The translations under genes and the position numbers were made by a program. This document shows positions 36,196-44,434 of a stretch of DNA of 64,000 bases, piece by piece (the first letter of the stretch is position 1; every line of letters begins with the position of its first letter). The stretch is taken from IMG/VR virus record IMGVR_UViG_3300005347_000205, positions 1-64,000 of that record. One strand, given 5' to 3'. Origin of the DNA: a virus. The notes under the pieces were generated by a model. It was not told where the DNA came from. It did no database searches and saw only the letters and a program-made list of their open reading frames with translations.

Positions 36196-37371
36196 TCACG
36201 AGATCATTGCGATGTCACATCGTGTTCGCTGGATTTCACCATAATCGCGGTGATAGGTGATTACATTCATGTCACGGCCAGAGCGATACCCTTGCCCAGC
36301 GTGCCAGGCATCTTTCGCAGCCAGAGTGCGAAAGGTCTCGACGATGACGCCGGGATGCTCTTTCGCCGACCAATGGTGGATGTGACCGCATAGCCAATAG
36401 CGGTGAACAGTTTCACCCCAATCAACCGCTCGATCCGTGGCCATGAGCAAAGGGAGCTCGCCAGATTTGCAAGCGTGCCCATGGTGGCTCCCGATCAGGA
36501 CTCGGCCAAAGCGCATATATTTGTAGAGCGACGGTGACATATCCACGATCACGCGAGGCTGGTCGTTAAACCACGCATTGAGCGCTATGGCGAGAAGCTG
36601 GGAGATGTGGGGATCATGGTTGCCAGGCATCATCCACGCGTGGACCCGATCGTGCTTTTCCAGTAGCCGCCGCACACAGTAGACGATCGCCCGAAGCCCG
36701 ACCTGGGCAATCTTACCAAAGCGACTGTCAACATCGAGTTTGTTGCCGTGACCTGGTGTTTCGTTGCGCGAGTCGTCGGCATGGAAGAAATCGCCAAGGT
36801 TGAGCAGCAACGCGGTCTTTGCGGCCGGCGCGGCCGATACGAGGCGATCAATAGCCGTACAGGTTATCCGCTCGGCTTCCTTGAGATCGAAATCATCACC
36901 GGTTTCGGCCGCCCAGCTATGCAGCCCGAAATGCGGATCTCCCATCGGGTACACCGCTAGGAGGTCTTCGTCAGTGGTCGCTGGGGGAGGCGTAAGCGGT
37001 GCCAGTCCTCGGACACCCTCTGTCGTCAGCCAGTCGACGAACTCGGCGATGATCTGCTGCTGCCAGTCATTGTCGCGTACCGACTTGACCCACTGCCCGC
37101 GGGCAACCCCGTCGCTATCGTAATAGGTGCTGACTCCCTTGACTGTGAAGCCGTCGGGGACGGTCTTCTTCATGTCATGTTCGGGACTGTGACCCTGCAG
37201 AGCAGCCTTCTTCCTGACGGCCGCGATGGATCGACCAACAGCACTCGGATGGACACCAAACCGCGCGGCCACGGCCTTGGCGCTACCTAGCTCAATGAGC
37301 GCATCGATATATTCAGCCTGACGTGGCGCCGCCCAGCGTTTGAGCTCGGCGTCGATTTTCAGTGCGACCAT
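36196..37371 (-). CDS. HTH + calcineurin-like metallophosphoesterase
   Basis: DPHFG, GDFFH, GNHD, HHGH, GHIHH. Confidence 0.9.
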   Translation of the reverse strand: MVALKIDAELKRWAAPRQAEYIDALIELGSAKAVAARFGVHPSAVGRSIAAVRKKAALQGHSPEHDMKKTVPDGFTVKGVSTYYDSDGVARGQWVKSVRDNDWQQQIIAEFVDWLTTEGVRGLAPLTPPPATTDEDLLAVYPMGDPHFGLHSWAAETGDDFDLKEAERITCTAIDRLVSAAPAAKTALLLNLGDFFHADDSRNETPGHGNKLDVDSRFGKIAQVGLRAIVYCVRRLLEKHDRVHAWMMPGNHDPHISQLLAIALNAWFNDQPRVIVDMSPSLYKYMRFGRVLIGSHHGHACKSGELPLLMATDRAVDWGETVHRYWLCGHIHHWSAKEHPGVIVETFRTLAAKDAWHAGQGYRSGRDMNVITYHRDYGEIQRTRCDIAMIS

Positions 37372-37383
37372 GGTGACGGTCTC

Positions 37384-37620
37384 CTATTTGGAGAGATCGT
37401 CGTCCTGATGCTGGCGGGATGTGATCCTGCGATAGAGGACGATCGAGGAATCAATGATCCGGATGATCATCCAGATCACGGTTAGAATGGTCGCAAGCTG
37501 CGGTAGCACGTCCAGAAACACGGCGAGCAGCGTACCTACCGCGGCGAAATCGGTGGACAGCTTGAGCGTTTCGGCATGTTCCTGGACATATTGTATCACC
37601 ACGCTGGCGCCATCCTTCAC
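37384..37620 (-). CDS. Putative holin / antiholin
   Basis: Small TM protein with charged tail in the lysis cassette. Confidence 0.6.
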   Translation of the reverse strand: MKDGASVVIQYVQEHAETLKLSTDFAAVGTLLAVFLDVLPQLATILTVIWMIIRIIDSSIVLYRRITSRQHQDDDLSK

Positions 37621-37934
37621 TTTTCAGCGCGCGGGCAGCCCGCGACGACGGTTTCAAGGTCATTGAGCCGCGTAACGCGTAGGGGTCGCCCGGCTGCGAA
37701 AAGCTGGTAGCGTTCAGCGGCACTTGGCGCGCTGCGCAGAGCCTCGTCGCTATCTGGATAGATCGGAGCCGGTCCCAGGTAGGCCGGTACGCACGGGCTG
37801 GAAACCGGAACCGGGCGATCGACCGTAACAATGCGTTCGGGCGGCCTAGCCTGATCATGAGCGCACCCGGTGAGAAAAAGCGCGAACCCGCAGGCAAAGA
37901 CCGGCATCCAGATCATCGATAGGCGACGGATCAT
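37617..37934 (-). CDS. o-spanin (Rz1-like lipoprotein)
   Basis: LTG-C lipobox; Pro-rich. Confidence 0.8.
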   Translation of the reverse strand: MIRRLSMIWMPVFACGFALFLTGCAHDQARPPERIVTVDRPVPVSSPCVPAYLGPAPIYPDSDEALRSAPSAAERYQLFAAGRPLRVTRLNDLETVVAGCPRAEK

Positions 37935-38374
37935 TTCAGGCTCTCCAGAACACGGGCGTCGATATCGCGGATCTGCGCTTCGAGCGTGTCACCCGTTGGC
38001 TTCGTCGCGAGGATAGACCCGGATGAACGGCGTGCCCGCTCACGATCGCGCTCGGCCGCTGCAAGCCGGTTGCTGGTTTCTGCCAGGCGCGCGGCATCGG
38101 TAGCTGCCTTGGCATCGAGTTCGGCTCGTGTGCGGGCGAGCGCGATCCGAAGCGTGGCGACATTGGTGTCTGACTGGGCGAGCTGGACCACCAGGCCGGT
38201 GTCGCGGTTGTTGATGCGATCGTCGAGGGCGCGGTTCTGCCGCTTGACCTGACCGAGATCGATCCGGGTCGTGATCAGGAGGAAGCCCAAAATTAGGGTT
38301 CCGGCCACTCCCGCGACGCCGGCGATCTTGAAGCCGAGACTTCCGAGCAGACGGGCTACAGCTGTAGTGATCAT
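37931..38374 (-). CDS. i-spanin (Rz-like)
   Basis: N-terminal TM plus coiled coil. Confidence 0.75.
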   Translation of the reverse strand: MITTAVARLLGSLGFKIAGVAGVAGTLILGFLLITTRIDLGQVKRQNRALDDRINNRDTGLVVQLAQSDTNVATLRIALARTRAELDAKAATDAARLAETSNRLAAAERDRERARRSSGSILATKPTGDTLEAQIRDIDARVLESLK

Positions 38375-38679
38375 AGTGGAAACTCCGGTAGATCGACCGT
38401 CTGGCCCGCGAGCGCATGCGTGCTGTCGCCGCAAAACTCGATCCGTCCGCCCCGCACGAAGCTGTGGCACCGCTTCGTCAGGCCGGGCCAAGTGACAAGG
38501 ATCGACGGCGAAAAGGTCGGGGCGGCTGCGTTGCCGTCATATTCCCATCGTGGCCCTCTGGCTGGGTCGGCAACGCCGACGCCGTGGGGCTTGTCACAAC
38601 CTGGGCAGTGGAACCACATTTCCCCCTCATGCTCGCGCAGGAGTGGTGACGGTTTCGCCATATCAGCGAACGCCGTCAT
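38371..38679 (-). CDS. DUF6527-like Cys/His protein
   Basis: CPGC..H...W..DG....PTFSPSIL...CHSFV..G.I.FC.DSTH. Confidence 0.75.
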   Translation of the reverse strand: MTAFADMAKPSPLLREHEGEMWFHCPGCDKPHGVGVADPARGPRWEYDGNAAAPTFSPSILVTWPGLTKRCHSFVRGGRIEFCGDSTHALAGQTVDLPEFPL

Positions 38680-39299
38680 GCCTCGTTCTCCGATATCGCG
38701 CCGCTGCGCTTCAGTCGAAACGGGCGCACGGACGCCGGTGGTGTATGATATTCGGGGCGGCGGATGGCGACGCAGCGCCTCTTGGCGATCCAGGTGAAGC
38801 TGACGGCATCACCCTGGTTGAAGCCGAGGACACGGTAATAGTCGCTGTCCTCGCCGATATAGAAGCCGACATGACCAGAGCGGGTAGTCGCGCCAGGTTG
38901 AGTTCGATCGAAGACCAGCACGTCACCGAGGGAAGCCAATAAGGCGTTCGCAAATATTAGCGGCAGATCGACCATTAAGCCTTGTCGCAGCGCGACAGGC
39001 GTGCCGAACTTCGCCCAGTTGAGGGCATAGAGCGGGCCTTCGGGAATCCGCTTTCCCGCACGGAGGCAGCTGATGGAAACGCCGAGGCCACACCACGGAA
39101 TCGAGTCAGCGGTGTATTTCCAACCAATTCGCTGCTCGCCGAGTTCGGCGGCCCATTCCATGATGACCGGGTTGTTATCCGACCCGACCTTTTCCTTGAC
39201 GCCATATAGCTTGAGGGCCTCGTCGATGACGCGCGGCAACGGGGTCTGATGAAGCACCCAGGCGTCAGCGAGCGGTACGGCCGCATAGCCAGTCGTCAT
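38676..39299 (-). CDS. Endolysin, TIGR02594/NlpC-P60-like amidase
   Basis: PWCG..., GDVLVF.R...GHVGFY..., LGFNQGD. Confidence 0.85.
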   Translation of the reverse strand: MTTGYAAVPLADAWVLHQTPLPRVIDEALKLYGVKEKVGSDNNPVIMEWAAELGEQRIGWKYTADSIPWCGLGVSISCLRAGKRIPEGPLYALNWAKFGTPVALRQGLMVDLPLIFANALLASLGDVLVFDRTQPGATTRSGHVGFYIGEDSDYYRVLGFNQGDAVSFTWIAKRRCVAIRRPEYHTPPASVRPFRLKRSGAISENEA

Positions 39300-39604
39300 T
39301 CCGACGCTCCAGTTTTGCTGTCGGCATCGATTTCAAGGCCCGTGCCGGCCGGGCCGCTGGCCTTGACCCTCACCGCGGCGAGGGTAACGATGATCACCGC
39401 GATCAGAGACAGAACGATCAGCAGAGACCAACCGATATAGTCTAGCCGCCGGGCGGCGAGTTCGATCGGCCAGTCGCCCTGCCATACGATCATGACGAGG
39501 GCGACCGCGGCCGCTGTGAGGACAGGTCCGCCACCGATCAGCGCCCACAGCCGCAGAGGCGCGAGCCTAGTCAGAGGGTTCAGATGGCGGACCAGCCACT
39601 CCAT
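39296..39604 (-). CDS. Putative holin (2 TM)
   Basis: Two TM segments directly upstream of the endolysin. Confidence 0.65.
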   Translation of the reverse strand: MEWLVRHLNPLTRLAPLRLWALIGGGPVLTAAAVALVMIVWQGDWPIELAARRLDYIGWSLLIVLSLIAVIIVTLAAVRVKASGPAGTGLEIDADSKTGASE

Positions 39605-39610
39605 TCCGGA

Positions 39611-39958
39611 TTACTTCGCCACCCGGACGCGCAGGGTGCCGGAGGCGAGATCTAGGGTGCCACCGCTCTCGTTCTGGAAGCGCACCGCTACGGTATTGGC
39701 GGCCGACACATAGGCGCTGAGCGTAATCCCCTGAAGGTCCAGGCTGAACGAAACACCGGTGACGAAATCACCCAGCGCCGCGCCGGTTACGGTTACCGTG
39801 GTGGTCGTGCCCGCCCCGTCGGCAAGACTGGGGGGATCATAAGTGGCGCTGCCGGCGATACCGTCGAGGATCGCCATCGCCGCTTTGTACGACCGCTTGA
39901 ACTGGGTATCGCCGAGCGTATCGAGCGGGAGGCTGCGGACCGGAGTCTTCTTTGCCAT
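39611..39958 (-). CDS. Small virion / fibre-associated beta protein
   Basis: TVTVTGAALGDFV...AYVSAANTVAVR motif. Confidence 0.65.
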   Translation of the reverse strand: MAKKTPVRSLPLDTLGDTQFKRSYKAAMAILDGIAGSATYDPPSLADGAGTTTTVTVTGAALGDFVTGVSFSLDLQGITLSAYVSAANTVAVRFQNESGGTLDLASGTLRVRVAK

Positions 39959-40029
39959 CGTTGACTGTTCCTTCGTTGCGGCTAAGACTTGGGTTGAATA
40001 TCACTATTATAGTGAAATTACAATCAGCC

Positions 40030-40698
40030 CTATTGGACGGCCTTCAAGGTGATCCGCAGCCTGGCAATTGTGCCGTCGGTCGTTCCCGGAGCTATCAGGC
40101 TCAATAGATCGCCGGCGGCAAAGGAGAGCGATCCACCAGTGGTGGTGAATGTCGCGACGCCACCAGTCGAAATGCTGATGCTACCGACGCTCGACCCATT
40201 CTTGCGGACATCGATCAGGAATGTCGACGCGGGATTGGTTCCTACAGAGGCTCGTGAGCCGGCTAAGTCGTCGGCAAAGACGGTGCTCTCGACGAACATC
40301 TGGTCGAGCAGGATCTGGGACGATGTCGGAGCGGGTACCGAGAAGCAGGAAAAACTCACGGAACGCGGAGGCGTTACCCAAGCGCTGCCATTCCATACGA
40401 CCAGCAGATCCTCATCCTGCAGCCACGCGCGCAGCCCCTCGAATGCGGTGATATAGACCCATCCCCCGTTATCACGCGCCGCCACCTCGTTCGGATGGCT
40501 TCCGGCGCCCGATGGCACGATATAAAGATCACCGTTCGTCGGGCTTCCGGGTAGCGCGGTGACCCGCGACTTGACCGTCAGCTGGGGTAGAAGCGAAAGC
40601 CTCAACAGGTTGGCGTTCATGGATGCTGTCCATCCGTCCTCACCGCCCGAATAATCTCCAGTCAGCCCCATAGGCCCGGCCAAATTGCGCGCTGTCAT
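40030..40698 (-). CDS. DUF2793-like tail protein
   Basis: PGSPTNGDLYIVP...A....GWV....EG.RAW..DE. Confidence 0.75.
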   Translation of the reverse strand: MTARNLAGPMGLTGDYSGGEDGWTASMNANLLRLSLLPQLTVKSRVTALPGSPTNGDLYIVPSGAGSHPNEVAARDNGGWVYITAFEGLRAWLQDEDLLVVWNGSAWVTPPRSVSFSCFSVPAPTSSQILLDQMFVESTVFADDLAGSRASVGTNPASTFLIDVRKNGSSVGSISISTGGVATFTTTGGSLSFAAGDLLSLIAPGTTDGTIARLRITLKAVQ

Positions 40699-40709
40699 TG
40701 CCGCCTCCG

Positions 40710-43115
40710 TTAGTAGATGAAGAAAAAGCCCCACGGGAAAGGCGGGAACTGATAGCCGGGGGCCGGCTGATATTCCGCTCCCGGTGGCGACGGATCGGGA
40801 TCTCCTGGCGGCGGATCGTCGTTTGTGCCGCCCCAGTTGTCACCCCAGTTGTCGCCCCAACCATTCGGTCGAACCTTGACGCGGACCGTGTGCCCCTGAA
40901 GCGATTCGAGTCCGTCCCGCTTGGACGTGACACGGACATCGGCAACCGCCCTGTCCCCGAAGGATGCGATCGGGACGCTGAAGCTGGTACCCGTCAGTCC
41001 GTCATGGGTAGCAAGGGTGGTACCGTTGATATCGATCACGCGCACGGTCGTCGTCTGCCCAGGTTCCGGCGTCATCGAACCGTCGGTCCAGCCGAGTACC
41101 TGACTGTCCTCCATGGTTCGGTTCCTGATCGCCCAGGCGACTGGAACGAGCGTCGGATTGCTGGCCGAGATGTCGATCGTGCCGAAGGATGCGCCGGCGA
41201 CAGCAACATTTGCTGGCCTGTTCGGCAGATAAGGGCGACCTGTGAGAACGACGCCGGAAAGTGGCGCCTCGTCGATCGACAGCGTCCCCTTCGAGGTGGT
41301 CGGGAGCATCTTGTAGACGACACTTTCCCCCGCGGAGTGGATGTTGTTGGTGTCGATGAAATTGGTGTTGACGGATAGGAACCAGCAGGGCGTCCCGGTG
41401 GGCCAGTCGCGTGGAACGGTATCGAGCACTCCGCGCTTAAGATTGAAGCCGTTGTCGTCGATCGACTGGATCAGCGCGATCTCTTGCCCACCTTCCGGTT
41501 GATTGCCGATGAAGATGAACGCCGCGCTCCGTGGGCCCAGACCGCCAGTTACCACGCCGAAGCTGAGGACCGTGCTCAGCGCGGCAGCCGGGAGCGGTTC
41601 GATAAGCTGCGCGTAGCCGAGCAGCGGTTTGACACCGGCGAGGTCACCGACAACTTCGCCGTTGGGCTGGGTCACCTGGCCTATCAACTGGTAGTCGACC
41701 GTGTCATCGATGTTCGAGCTGGCCAGCATTGCAGCGAAGACTTCGGGATAGTCGAGCGTGTCGGCTTCTGCCTGCGCGAGCGCGGCGGACATGAAAAATC
41801 CCGGCGCGGTGATCAACCGCACGAAGTCGAGCGGGCTCGGAGGCGTGGCCGGGTTGACCCATGCCGATGTCTCAGGGTCTTCGAACGCGGACGCGGGCAG
41901 CGAGAAGAGATCCTCGGTCGCGGATATCTTGATTACCGCGTCGCCTGGCTTTCCATAGTCAATCTGGGCAATGCGGAGGATCAGACCATCGATCCCATAT
42001 TCTGGGTAAACCAGCTTGACGCAGCCGCCGGGTACAAAATTCCAGGCCGACCGGTTCACCTCTATCTCGAAGGCTGCAAGCGGCGACGAAGATAGTGCGA
42101 GGTCGCGTTGGGCGAGCCTGAGTGCCAGGTCGCGATTGCGTACCCCATAATAATTGCGCGAGTCCGAGATCGTCGCGCCCTGTATGACGATATTCGCCAG
42201 ATTCTGCGCTGTGACCGTTTCCTCTTGCTCATTTTCAGGATTGGTCCATGTGACGACGATTTCGTTGACAGTCTCCCCCCAGGCTTTTCGATCGAAGCTG
42301 CTTACAGTGCAGTTATCTGGATCAAGCACCGGCAGGGCGTCGGCATCATAGTCGTTACGTATCAGCTTGAGCGTCATCAGCCCGTCACGCGGATTGATGA
42401 ACAGCGTTGCCTGAATATGGTCGAGAACTTCGCTGACAAAGGTCTCGATCTCGCTTTGACGCGTCCACTGAAGCGACATGCCGAAACCTTCGGCTGCCAG
42501 CTGCTGCGCCGCCGATACGAATGCGCTGGTGTTGATCAGGCTCGGACTCATGCCCGCACCCCAGGCAGTGTTGACCAGGCATTCGTAGATGATTGCAGCG
42601 GGGTTGGCATCATCCCCAATCATGCGGAGCGAGGTACTCAGCACCTTCGGGCTTCGCTTCACCTTCATCCAAATGTCACGAAGATAGGGGTTGTTAGTAC
42701 CCCACATGAAACCCTGGAACGTCGCGGGAAAATACAGACCCCACAGGATCGGCTCGCCCGTGCCCTGGATGCCGCTCGCGCCTCCGGAGAACCATACGGA
42801 CGCGAGGCCGCGATAACCCGGTGCCGTATCCGGCGTGAGACCTACTTTGGACGCGAGATAAGCCGGAAGCTTCTGATTGCTGTCCCCAGGCAGATAATGA
42901 GCATAGCCTACGAGCCCGCCTTCCTTCTTCTGTCCGCCAAACAGATCTGGACGATTGATCGCAATGGCGCTCTCTGTCGACACCGAGCCTGACCAGGCTT
43001 CCTTTTCGCCGACATAGATGCCTTCTATCGAGTCCACCGGCCCATGGCAGATGCCGTAATGGATCGACATCCGGTAATCGGTGATCTCTATCTTGGCACT
43101 GCCGGACTTACCCAC
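40710..43115 (-). CDS. Tail tip / central tail protein
   Basis: CHGPVDSI..I.VG, PGYRGLA, NPA.IIYE.L, C-terminal WGDNWGDNWG. Confidence 0.85.
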   Translation of the reverse strand: MGKSGSAKIEITDYRMSIHYGICHGPVDSIEGIYVGEKEAWSGSVSTESAIAINRPDLFGGQKKEGGLVGYAHYLPGDSNQKLPAYLASKVGLTPDTAPGYRGLASVWFSGGASGIQGTGEPILWGLYFPATFQGFMWGTNNPYLRDIWMKVKRSPKVLSTSLRMIGDDANPAAIIYECLVNTAWGAGMSPSLINTSAFVSAAQQLAAEGFGMSLQWTRQSEIETFVSEVLDHIQATLFINPRDGLMTLKLIRNDYDADALPVLDPDNCTVSSFDRKAWGETVNEIVVTWTNPENEQEETVTAQNLANIVIQGATISDSRNYYGVRNRDLALRLAQRDLALSSSPLAAFEIEVNRSAWNFVPGGCVKLVYPEYGIDGLILRIAQIDYGKPGDAVIKISATEDLFSLPASAFEDPETSAWVNPATPPSPLDFVRLITAPGFFMSAALAQAEADTLDYPEVFAAMLASSNIDDTVDYQLIGQVTQPNGEVVGDLAGVKPLLGYAQLIEPLPAAALSTVLSFGVVTGGLGPRSAAFIFIGNQPEGGQEIALIQSIDDNGFNLKRGVLDTVPRDWPTGTPCWFLSVNTNFIDTNNIHSAGESVVYKMLPTTSKGTLSIDEAPLSGVVLTGRPYLPNRPANVAVAGASFGTIDISASNPTLVPVAWAIRNRTMEDSQVLGWTDGSMTPEPGQTTTVRVIDINGTTLATHDGLTGTSFSVPIASFGDRAVADVRVTSKRDGLESLQGHTVRVKVRPNGWGDNWGDNWGGTNDDPPPGDPDPSPPGAEYQPAPGYQFPPFPWGFFFIY

Positions 43116-43299
43116 CGCGACGCTCCTCGGCCAGCTTCACAACCCGCTCGGCCAGTGCATCTCCGGTGGCGACGAGTTGATCAGCCTCGATGCCGTTTTC
43201 TAGGAAGTCCCGGAAATCGAGCCCGTGGGTAGCGAACCAGCCTCTGACTCCGCGGACGCAATGTCCGGCGCGCCGCATGTCGTCGATGCGGATGATCAT
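43108..43299 (-). CDS. Small tail assembly protein
   Basis: C.RG.R.WF..HGLDFRDFL..GI. Confidence 0.75.
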   Translation of the reverse strand: MIIRIDDMRRAGHCVRGVRGWFATHGLDFRDFLENGIEADQLVATGDALAERVVKLAEERRGG

Positions 43300-43523
43300 G
43301 CCTTGATCTTGTAAGTCGACATCGACTTGTCACCGTACCATAGACAGTTCGGACTCTTGATCAGCATGCGACCGAACGGCACCGGTATTTCGCGCCCGGC
43401 CTCCGCTGTTGGCCCGTCCATCTCCTTTGCTGCCTCGGGCTTCGGAGCTTTCGGGCGCGGCATCAGCACATAGCTGACCACCAGGAGAGCAATCGCGATC
43501 AGGAAAGGTATCAGAAATGCCAT
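43296..43523 (-). CDS. Small tail assembly protein
   Basis: Hydrophobic N-terminus, PTAEAGREIPVPFG...PN.LWYGD. Confidence 0.75.
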   Translation of the reverse strand: MAFLIPFLIAIALLVVSYVLMPRPKAPKPEAAKEMDGPTAEAGREIPVPFGRMLIKSPNCLWYGDKSMSTYKIKA

Positions 43524-43588
43524 CGGCGTTGAATATCACTTTTTTGTTGAAATCGGAAGTCGGTGTCGCTCGGATACGACGATAATAT

Positions 43589-44434
43589 TCAATAGAACCG
43601 GTTTACGAAACCGATGGGATTCTCCAACGGTATCCACGGATCGCCACCGAAATTGTTGATGTTGTTGAATACAACCGAGCAGTCTCCCCCATTTATCCCT
43701 TTGTGATTGCAACCTAACGACACCTTCACATAATCACCAGCTTGCAGCTCGTGTGGGAGCCCGTCGAGCAGAATGTTTTGGCTTAGATGATATGCGCGCA
43801 AGATCGTCCGCAGTTCACTCCGGCCAGAGCGCGTGAATTCGAACAGCCCGCCGATGAACTTGATCGCTGACTGGCCGGAGCCATTCTCCCAGCCCGGCTC
43901 CATGGTGAGCTGCGCACCCGATATAGCGATAACCTGCCGCGTCCAGGTGAACTGATTGCGATCAGCACGGCACTGCGGTCCGTAAAGTGCATGGGGGCAA
44001 CCATATTGATAACGCTGGCGGAGACCGGGGCGCCGCATCGATGTATTGATCGGCTCGCAAGCCAGCGATGCCTCGGACCCTTCGCGCGGCGCACTGACGA
44101 CACGACCACTATATATGGCAAGAAACTCAGAGTCCGGGTCGCCATAGTGACCCTGGAAAATCGTCACCCCGACCACCTCCGACGGTGGAAAAACACGGAA
44201 GAGTTCCGCCACTTCACAATCGTGAGGTACGTTGATCTTGATCTGCGACTTGTCGAGCGATCCCGATGTAGATACCGAATCTCGGTCGATAGCCAGCGGC
44301 ATGTACGAGATGCCATTGAAGGTGATGGGTTCCTCGGCGTCTGTGTAGGCGTAGACATCGGTGAACACCGTGAAACGGTACAACGTGTCCGGGGAGCCGA
44401 GCGAGCGGCTGTTCTCACGGCTGCCGAAGCTCAT
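43589..44434 (-). CDS. DUF2163/BR0599-family tail protein
   Basis: C.HALYG..C ... GC....C...FNN..NFGG.PWIP..NP. Confidence 0.85.
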   Translation of the reverse strand: MSFGSRENSRSLGSPDTLYRFTVFTDVYAYTDAEEPITFNGISYMPLAIDRDSVSTSGSLDKSQIKINVPHDCEVAELFRVFPPSEVVGVTIFQGHYGDPDSEFLAIYSGRVVSAPREGSEASLACEPINTSMRRPGLRQRYQYGCPHALYGPQCRADRNQFTWTRQVIAISGAQLTMEPGWENGSGQSAIKFIGGLFEFTRSGRSELRTILRAYHLSQNILLDGLPHELQAGDYVKVSLGCNHKGINGGDCSVVFNNINNFGGDPWIPLENPIGFVNRFY

